Assembly: GCF_004010195.1 (NCBI RefSeq)
Contig: NC_057718.1
Location: 1,992,229 to 2,048,981, forward strand
Direction: 5' to 3'
Origin: Chiloscyllium plagiosum
Lineage: Eukaryota
Length of the DNA stretch: 56,753 nucleotides
Part shown: one piece after another, positions 47,510-56,753 of the stretch
How the letters are laid out: each line of letters opens with the position of its first letter
Numbering within the stretch: the first letter of the stretch is position 1
Notes under the pieces: generated by a model
Database searches by the model: none
What the model was told of the DNA's origin: nothing
What the model saw: the letters and a program-made list of their open reading frames with translations, nothing else
Position numbers and translations under genes: made by a program

Positions 47510-48865
47510 ACCCCACACTGGGCCGCACCCTCCACACCAGGCCAGGACCCTCCATACCAGGCCGGAACCCTCCACACCAGGCCAGGACCCTCCACACCAG
47601 GCCAGGACCCCCCACACCAGGCCGCGACCACCCACACCGGGCTGGGACCACCCCACACCAGGCCAGGATCCTCCACACCAGGCCAGGACCCTCCACACCA
47701 GGCCAGGACCCCCCACACAAGGCCGCGACCACCCACACCGGGCTGGGACCCCCCACACCAGGCCAGGACCCTCCACACCAGGCCAGGACACTCCACACCA
47801 GGCCAGGACCCTCCACACCAGGCCAGGATGCTCCACACCAGGCCGGGACCTCCCACACCAGGCCTGGACCCCTCACTCCAGGCCAGGACGCCCCACACCA
47901 GGCCGGGACCCTCCACACCATGCCGGGACCCCCCACACCAGGCCGGGGCCCCCCACACTAGGCCGTGACGCCCCACACCAGGCCAAGACGCCCCACACCA
48001 GGGCAGGACCCTCCACACCAGGCCGGGACCCCCCACACCGGACTGGGAACCCCACACCAGGCTGGGACCCCCCACACCAGGCCAGGATCCTCCACACCAG
48101 GCCAGGCCAGGACGCTCCACAGCAGGCCAGGACCCTCCATACCGGTCTGGGACCCTCCACACCAGGCCAGGACGCTCCACAGCAGGCCAGGACCCTCCAT
48201 ACCGGTCTGGGACCCTCCACACCAGGCCAGGACGCTCCACAGCAGGCCAGGACCCTCCATACCGGTCTGGGACCCTCCACACCAGGCCCAGGACGCCCAC
48301 AGCAGGCCAGGACCCTCCATACCGGGCTGGGACCCTCCACACCAGGCCAGGACGCTCCACACCAGGCCAGGACCCTCCACACTGGGCTGGGATCCTCCAC
48401 ACCAGGCCGGGACCCCCCACACCAGGCCAGGACGCCCCACACCAGGCCAGGACCCTCCACACCAGGCCAAGACCCTCCACACCAGTCCAGGTCCCTCCAC
48501 ATCAGGCCGGAACCCTCCACACCAGGCTGGGACTCTCCGCACCAGGCCAGGACCCTCCACACCAGGCCAGGACCCTCCACACCAGGCCAAGACCCTCCAC
48601 ACTGGGCTGGGGCTCACCACACCAGGTCGACACCCTCCACACCAGGCCGGGACTCCTCACACCAGGCTGGGATTCTCCACACCAGGCCGGGACCCTCCAC
48701 ACCAGGCCGGGACCCTCCACACCAGGCCGGGACCCTCCACACCAGGCTGGGACCCTCCACACCAGGCCGGGACCCTCCACACCAGGCCGGGACCCTCCAC
48801 ACCAGGCCGGGATCCTCCACACCAGGCCGGGCCCCTCCACACCAGGCTGGGACCTTCCACTTTGG
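47510..48865. repeat. 20-bp GC-rich minisatellite (CCACACCAGGCCAGGACCCT)n with a local 60-bp higher-order block
   Basis: 20-nt period, with three near-identical 60-mers at about 48105-48290. Confidence 0.95.
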
Positions 48866-49059
48866 GCTTGAAGCCTCCTGTTCACTGAGCCCAGGCCTGG
48901 AGAAGACACCTTCCACTGAAGACGTTATCAAAGGCAAGATAATAAATGGAAACATTTAGATAAAGGAGAGAAAGGAAAATGTAAGAAGCAGATGGAGTAG
49001 ACAAGTTCCTGGGCTGAGCAGCCCCCAGGCTGTACTGCTACCCACTGCCATGTTGCTTG

Positions 49060-49340
49060 TTAAATGGATCATTTGGGACAGAGATGAGGAGACATTTCTT
49101 TTTCCAAAGAGTAGTGAGCCTGTGGAATTCATTACCACAGGAAGGAGTTGATGCCAAAACATTGGATGCATTCAAGAGGCAGCTAGATATAGCACCTGGG
49201 GTGAACAGGATCAAAGGTTATGGGGAGAAAGCAGGATTAGGCTATGGAGTTGGATGATCAGCCATGATGGTGATGAATGGTGGAGTGGCTTGAAGGGCCG
49301 AATGACCTCCATCTGTGCATAGCCTCTAACTTTCTATGTT
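49060..49340 (+). mobile_element. CR1 LINE 3' fragment
   Basis: RRHFFFQRVVSLWNSLPQ...FKRQLD. Confidence 0.75.
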
Positions 49341-50654
49341 TATCTGATGATGCCATGTAGTCTTTGGGTGGAAAAGGGCGAATCTGGAATGAGGTCCCAA
49401 TCAGGTATCTCTGGCTCCTGGTGATGTTTGTAATTCGGCCTCATTTATCATTGTAACTTTACCTGTTGTTGCTATGCATTGAGGTGCATCTGTTTGTTCA
49501 GGCAAGTGCCTCCAATTGTTAAGAGGCCAAAGTGATTTATCCTCCATCACTTCTAATTAGGTAGGCTCCTAGATTCAGCAGAGAAAAGATGGTTGGTGGA
49601 GGGCCTTGTGGCTGAGCTCCTGGGTCTGGCCAAAGTGCCCATCAACAGGCCACAACTGGGGTTTTGGGGAGGGTGGGGGTGGTTAGAGTGGAGGCGTGGG
49701 TGGTGGGGGGTTGGTAGTGTTGGGAGTGGCGGGGGGGGGGGGGGGGGGGGGGTCATTGTGCCTGACTGCCTGCCTCTCGTTCACAGTGATCTCTGAGCTT
49801 GGTGTCCACTGTCCCCTCACTGACACAATACAGACCTCCGGTGACTGAGGAGCATCGATCTCTGGAGAATGCTGTTTTGATAAATTTCCAGTGAAGTTCC
49901 TTCCATTTCTGCTAACTGTTTGAGACAAAAACAGAAAAGCTCAATGGGTCTGGCAGCATCTGTGGAGAGAAATCACAGTTAATGTTTCTGAACAGTCAGT
50001 TGACCTGAAATGGTGACCCTAATTTCTGCCTGAAGACACTGAGCTTTTCCAGCAATTCTGATTTTGTTTCTGATTTCCAGCATCCACAGTTCTTTCAGTT
50101 TCTGTGAACTGTTCGAGTTTGTTTCTGTTCCATTTCACACCACCCTCCACCAGGGCTGCGGAAGCCCATTGAAGGTTATTTTCAGAGAAGAGGGGCTGTC
50201 AGCTGTCTGAGTATTTTGAGATACTATGACGAATGCCCAGAGAAGATGGGCTTGAACCTGGGCCCCCATCACTGCATTGATGGTGCAGCTAATGTCAGGG
50301 AGTCAGGGATTCTGACCTGGTGAAGGGTGATGGATAGCCAGAGATGGAAGGAACACATTCAGGTTCTGAAATGATTTGGAAAGATGTTCCTGTGAGATCT
50401 GCTCAGCCCACAATGAATCATGTCATTTCCTCTGCCCTGGATCTTCAAAGCAAACCCCACTTTTCCAAAGTTCTGCCAATGCCTCGGAATCCTGTCGGCT
50501 CACGAGTCTGTTCAAGCAGTTCTCTGGGGGTGGTCAGAGCAGATAAAGCAGACACAGCCGAAGTGAACTCAAGGATTTACCCTGAGTACGGAATCTCTGT
50601 CTGGGAAATGATGTGGAGGAGCTGGGGTAGACAAAGTTTAAAAACAACGCCCCG

Positions 50655-51055
50655 TATTCAGCCTAGGGACCCTGCAACCACACTGGATCAATGTGGATTT
50701 CAACAGCTTCCTCGTTTTCCCTCTCCCCGCACAATCCCAGTCCCAAGCCTCCAACATGGCAACCCCCCTCCGGACCTGTCCTTCACCCTTTCCCATCTAT
50801 CCACTCCATCCCCCCCCTGACTTATCACCATCTCGCCCACCTTCATCTACCTATTGCTTTCTCAGCTACCTTCCCCCCAACCCCAGCCTCTCCCATTTAT
50901 CTTTCAGCACCCCAGTCCATAAGCCTCATTCCTGATGATGAGCTTATGCCTGAAGCATTGATTCTCCTGCTCCTCAGATGCTGCCTAACCTGCTGTGCTT
51001 TTCCAGCAACACTCTTGACTCTGATCTCCAACATCTGCAGTCCTCACTTTCGCCT
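50655..51055 (+). mobile_element. Penelope-like element 3' end with a degenerate hammerhead terminus
   Basis: cctagggaccctgcaacca...atcaatgtggatttc, a pyrimidine-rich UTR, then cctgatga...ccaacatctgcag. Confidence 0.7.
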
Positions 51056-54000
51056 AATGTATCTGACTCTACTACCACCGCTGGCAGTGTATTTCACGCA
51101 CCCACCACTTTCCGTGGAAATAACCTACTTCTGACATTTCCTCCCCTAAACCTTCCTCCAATCACCTTAAATTTATTACCCCTCATGACAGAAATGTCTC
51201 TGGCTATCCACTCTATCTCTGCCCCTCATCATCTTGTACACCTCTATCAAGTCACCTCTCATCCTTCTTCTCTCCAATGAGAAAAGCCATAGTTCCCTCA
51301 ACCTTTCTTCATAAGACATGCCCTCCAGTCCAGGCAGCATCCTGGGAAATCTCCTCTGCACCTTCTCTAAAACTTCAACATCCTTCCTATAATGAGGCGA
51401 CCAGAACTGAATACAATATTCCAAGTATGGTCTAACCTTTGCTTTATATAACTGCAGCATAACCTCACGCTCTTAAATACAATCCCTCTGCTAAGGGAAA
51501 GCCAACACACCATATACCTTCTTAACAACTCTATCAACTTGGGTGGCAACTTTGATGGATCTATGGACATGGACCCCAAGATCCCTCTGTTCCTCCACAC
51601 TGCCAAGAACCCTGCCTCTAATCCTGTATTCTGGATTCAAATTCAACCTTTTAAACTAAATCACTCCACACTTTTCCAGGTTGAACTCCATCTGCCACTT
51701 CTCAGCCCAGCTCGGCATCCCGTCAATGTCCCATTGCAACCTACAACAGCCCTCCACACTATCCACAACTCCACCAACCATCGTGTCATTGACAAACTTA
51801 CTAACCCACCCTTCCACTTCCTCATCCAAGTCATTTATAAAAATCACAAAGAGCAGAGGTCCCAGAACAGATCCCTGCAGAGCGCCACTGGTCACCAAGC
51901 TCCAGGCTGAATACTTTCCATCTACCACCACCCTCTGTCTTCCATAGGCCAGCCAGTTCTGTATCCTGTATCCCATGCCTCCTTACGTTCTGACTGAGCC
52001 TACCATGGGAAACATTATCAAACACCTTGTTAAAATCCATGTACACCATACCTCATCAATGTGTTTTGTCATATCCTCAAAGACTTCAATAAGGTTTGTG
52101 AGGCATGACCTGTCCCTCACGAAGCCATGCTGACTATCTCTAATCATAAATCCTACCTCTTAGGATCACCTCCAGTAATTTGACTCTCACCGACATAAGA
52201 CTGACTGGTCTATAATTCCCAGAGTTATCCTTACTCCCTTTCTTGAACCATTTGCCACCCTCCAATCATCTCGCACTACTCCAGTGGACAGTGAGGACAC
52301 AAAGATCATTTCCAAAGATGCAACAATCTCTTCCCTCACTTCCTGTTATAACTTAAGGTATATCCCATCTGCCCAGGTGACTTATCTATCCTCATGTTTT
52401 CCAAAATTTTCAGCACATCCTCCTTCTTAACATGACCCTGTTCAAGTATATCAGCCTGTTTCACACTGTTCTCAGAAACGACAAGGTCCCTCTCATTAGT
52501 GAATATTGAAGCAAAGTATTCATTAAGGACCTCCCCTACCTCCTCTGACTCCAGGCACAAGTTCCCTCCACTCTCCCTGATCAGCCCCACCCTCTCTCTG
52601 GCTGTCCTCTTGTTCCTCATGTAAGTGTAGAATACCTCCTTCTAGCTCTCCTAAATCCATTCTTCAGTTCCTTCCTGGCTAACTTGTAAGTAGGGAGGAG
52701 GGAGTTGGAGGAGGGGCGTTGGAAATGTGATAGGTGGAAAGAGGTCAAGGTGAGGGTGATAGGTCGGAGTAGGATGGAGGCGGAGAGGTCAAGAAGAAGA
52801 CTGCAGGTCAGGACGGCGGTGCCGGGCTGGAGGGATTCGGCTGAGACAAGGTGGGGGGAGGGGGGATGAAGAAACTGGTGAGGTCCAAGTTCATCCCCTG
52901 TGGTTGGAGGGTTCCCGGTCGGAAGATAAGACGCTCCTCCTCCGGCCGTCGGGTTGTTGTGGTTTGGCGGTGGATGAGTCCAATGACCTGCATATCCTCG
53001 GTGGAGTGGGAGGGGGAGTTGAAATGCTGTGCTACAGGTTGGTTGGGTTGGTTCGTCCGGGTGGCCCAGAGAGCACCTTTTCCAGGTTGAACTCCATCTG
53101 CTACTTCTCAGCCCAGCTCGGCATCCCGTCAATGTCCCATTGCAACCTACGACAGCCCTCCACACTATCCACAACTCCACCAACCTTCCTGTCAACGACA
53201 AACTTACTAACCCACCCTTCCACTTCCTCATCCAAGTCATTTATAAAAATCACAAAGAGCAGAGGTCCCAGAACAGATCCCTGCAGAGCGCCACTGGTCA
53301 GCGAGCTCCATGCTGAATTCTTTCCATCTACCACCACCGTCTGTCTTCCATAGGCCAGCCAGTTCTGTATCCTGTATCCCATGCCTCCTTACGTTCTGAC
53401 TAAGCCTACCATGGGAAACATTATCAAACACCTTGTTAAAATCCATGTACACCATAGCCACTGCTCAACCTTCATCAATGTGTTTTGTCATATCCTCAAA
53501 GACTTCAATAAGGTTTGTGAGGCATGACCTGTTCCTCACGAAGCCATGCTGACTATCTCTAATCATAAATCCTACCTCTTAGGATCACCTCCAGTAATTT
53601 GACTCTCACCGACAGTCTATAAGACTGACTGGTCTATAATTCCCAGAGTTATCCCTACTCCCTTTCTTGAACAAGGGAATACCATTTGCCACCCTCCAAT
53701 CATCTCGCACTACTCCAGTGGACAGTGAGGACACAAAGATCATCTCCAAAGATGCAACAATCTCTTCCCTCACTTCCTGTTATAACTTGAGGTATATCCC
53801 ATCTGCCCAGGTGACTTATCTATCCTTATGTTTTCCAAAATTTTCAGCACATCCTCCTTCTTAACATGAACCTGTTCAAGTATATCAGCCTGTTTCACAC
53901 TGTTCTCAGAAACGACAAGGTCCCTCTCATTAGTGAATATTGAAGCAAAGTATTCATTAAGGACCTCCCCTACCTCCTCTGACTCCAAGCACAAGTTCCC

Positions 54001-54195
54001 TCCACTGTCCCTGATCAGCCCCACCCTCTCTCTGGCTGTCCTCTTGTTCCTCATGTAAGTGTAGAATACCTCCTTCTAGCTCTCCTAAATCCATTCTTCA
54101 GTTCCTTCCTGGCTAACTTGTAACCCTCTAGAGTCCTGTCTGATCCTTGCCTCCTCAACCTGAAGTAAGCTTCCTTCTTCCTATTGACTAGATGA
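51056..54195 (-). mobile_element. CR1 LINE ORF2 with an internal tandem duplication of about 1 kb
   Basis: RT motifs (QGSVLGPLLFVIFINDLD, MEFNLEKC, LEYCIQFWSP). 51671-52689 is repeated at about 53077-54123. Confidence 0.88.
52690..53075 (-). mobile_element. Penelope-like GIY-YIG endonuclease C-terminal fragment
   Basis: MQVIGLIHRQTTTTRRPEEERLIFRPGTLQPQGMNLD. Confidence 0.75.
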
Positions 54196-56530
54196 CATCA
54201 AAATTGGAGGTGTAGTGGACAGCGAAGAGGGTTACCTCAGATTACAACAGGATCTGGACCAGATGGGCCAATGGGCTGAGAAGTGGCAGATGGAGTTTAA
54301 TTCAGATAAATGCGAGGTGCTGCATTTTGGGAAAGCAAATCTTAGCAGGACTTATACACTTNNNNNNNNNNNNNNNNNNNNNNNNNNNNNNNNNNNNNNN
54401 NNNNNNNNNNNNNNNNNNNNNNNNNNNNNNNNNNNNNNNNNNNNNNNNNNNNNNNNNNNNNNNNNNNNNNNNNNNNNNNNNNNNNNNNNNNNNNNNNNNN
54501 NNNNNNNNNNNNNNNNNNNNNNNNNNNNNNNNNNNNNNNNNNNNNNNNNNNNNNNNNNNNNNNNNNNNNNNNNNNNNNNNNNNNNNNNNNNNNNNNNNNN
54601 NNNNNNNNNNNNNNNNNNNNNNNNNNNNNNNNNNNNNNNNNNNNNNNNNNNNNNNNNNNNNNNNNNNNNNNNNNNNNNNNNNNNNNNNNNNNNNNNNNNN
54701 NNNNNNNNNNNNNNNNNNNNNNNNNNNNNNNNNNNNNNNNNNNNNNNNNNNNNNNNNNNNNNNNNNNNNNNNNNNNNNNNNNNNNNNNNNNNNNNNNNNN
54801 NNNNNNNNNNNNNNNNNNNNNNNNNNNNNNNNNNNNNNNNNNNNNNNNNNNNNNNNNNNNNNNNNNNNNNNNNNNNNNNNNNNNNNNNNNNNNNNNNNNN
54901 NNNNNNNNNNNNNNNNNNNNNNNNNNNNTGTTCCACATCCCTGGTCATCCAAGGTTCCTTAACCCTACCATTCCTTCCTTGCCTCAGTGGGACAAACCTA
55001 TCCAGCACTATCAGTAACTGCTTCCGAAACAACCTCCACATTTCTGTCATGCATTTCCCTGAGAACATCTGTTCCCAATTTATGCTCCCCAGTTCCTGCC
55101 TAATAGCATTGTAATTCCCCCTCCCCCAATTAAATACTTTCCCATACAGTCTGCTCCTATGGATGTTAGGAAGGCGTTTGACAGGGTCCCACATGGGAAA
55201 CTGATTGAGAAGGTTAAAGCACATGGAATTGAGGGAAATCTGGTGAGATGGATCAAAAGATTGGCTAGTCATCAGACAAAATCAGAAGTCCCAGGTTATG
55301 GTCCAACAGGTTGATTTGAAATCCTGAGCTTTCGGAGTGCTGAAGTGACTTCAATTGACAAAGGAGTTACACTCCGAAAGCTTGTGATTGCAAATTAAGC
55401 TGTTGGACTATAACTTGGTGTCATGTGACTTCTGACCTTGTCCACCCCAGTCCAACACCAGCATCACCACATCATGAGCAATAGGACTCACAGGGTAGTG
55501 GTAGAAGGCTGTTTGAGTGACTGGAGGCCGGTGTCCAGGGATATACCACAGGGATCAGTACTAGGATCATTATTGTTTGTTATATACTGAAATGATTCAG
55601 ATGAAAATGTGGGGGAAATTTAATGCAAGTTTGCAGATATCACCAAGATGGGTAGAGTGGTCTTAGATAGCCTTCTTCACTGTCATCGATGCCACCAATT
55701 TTGGTGTCATCCACAAAGTTCATAACCACGCCACCTAAATTCTCATTTAAGTCATTTCTGTAAATGATAAACCAAAGTGGATCCATCACTGATCTCTGTG
55801 GAACACCGCTGGGGTCACTGCCCTCCAGTCTGAAAAACAATCCTCCATTGCTACCCTCAGTCTCCAAAATCAAGCCAATTGGCTAGCTCATCCTGAATCA
55901 CATGTAATCTAACTTTGCGAATCAGTCTACCAGGAGGAACCTTGCCAAAGGCTTTACTAAAATCCAGGTAGGCAACATCCGCCTTTCTGCATTCTTCAAT
56001 CTTTTTGGTTACATCCACAAACACTCAGTCAGGTTTGTGAGACATGTTTTCCCTCACACAAAGTCATGCTGACTATCCCCAATCAGTCCTTGCCTTTCCA
56101 AATGCACGTAAATCCTCTCTCTCAGAATCAACTTCAACAACTTACCCATCACTGATGTCAGGCTCACGGCGCTGTAGTTCCCAGGCTTCTCCTTACAGCC
56201 ATTCTTAAATAAAGGCACAATACTGGCTACTCTCCAGTCCTGCGGCACCTTACCTGTGGCTGTAGATGATATCTGCAGCACATGGACTGCAGCAGTTCAA
56301 GAAGACAGCTCAATCCCACTTTCTCAAAGGTAATGAACAATGGGCAATAAATTCTGGCCCAGTCAGTGATAGTCACCTCCCAGGGGGGAATCTCCTCTGT
56401 ACCCTCTCCAGTGCAGTTATGTCCTTCCAACAGTGTGGTGACTAGAACTGCACATAATATTCTATATGTAATCGAACCTATGTTTTATAAAGTTGCGACA
56501 AAACATCCTTATTCCTATGTTCTATGCCCA
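54195..56530. mobile_element. Mosaic of CR1 fragments on both strands with a gap and a Penelope-like terminus (55280-55475)
   Basis: WAEKWQMEFNSDKCEV (+), FNWGRGNYNAIRQEL (-), VPQDWRVASIVPLFKNG (-). Confidence 0.75.
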
Positions 56531-56629
56531 GCAGAGCTTCTGAATTTTCTTTTTGACAAATTTATATGAACAACCATGTGGCAGAGCCTGTGTATCAGGA
56601 ATAGCAGCTAGACAGGACAATAAGTGCAG

Positions 56630-56753
56630 GACCCAAAATAAATCAAGACCCACAATCCAGAATAAAACCACACCCAAAAGCCATAATAAACCCAGACCCA
56701 CACCCCATAATAAACCCAGACCCACACCCCATAATAAACCCAGACCTACACCC
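56630..56753. repeat. 24-bp minisatellite (CATAATAAACCCAGACCCACACCC)n running off the window end
   Basis: Unit starts at 56682, 56706 and 56730, with degenerate copies upstream. Confidence 0.85.

Noticed and set aside
47440-48955. Multiple overlapping Pro/Gly-rich ORFs
   Set aside because: Products of a 20-bp minisatellite that is open in most frames.
17368-55272. Long ORFs containing X runs
   Set aside because: They span N gaps and join unrelated TE fragments.

Overview
Repeat-rich vertebrate genomic DNA with several assembly gaps. The HE1-like SINEs, CR1-type LINEs and Penelope-like termini point to a cartilaginous fish, probably a shark. (1) Positions 875-10659 (+) hold the last five coding exons of PTK2B/Pyk2 (proline-rich region and FAT domain), with a likely poly(A) signal at 13844. 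(2) Positions 25464 to at least 35849 (+) hold a multi-exon gene that the ORF track shows only in fragments. It encodes a type I membrane receptor of about 347 aa: signal peptide, two germline-joined VJ-type Ig domains resembling Ig light chain or TCR-gamma V regions, a TM helix with no charged residue, and a tail with an ITIM-like LEYENI and a CD28/ICOS-like YVNM built across an exon junction. An in-frame TGA sits 4 nt before a strong splice donor and is followed by phase-compatible candidate exons, suggesting a truncated longer tail. (3) The rest is CR1/L2/Tx1 LINE debris, SINEs, minisatellites and many Penelope-like termini carrying minimal hammerhead-ribozyme cores, some as hairpin insertions with target-site duplications. 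All exon calls were made by eye from splice signals and reading-frame phase; no database searches were run.
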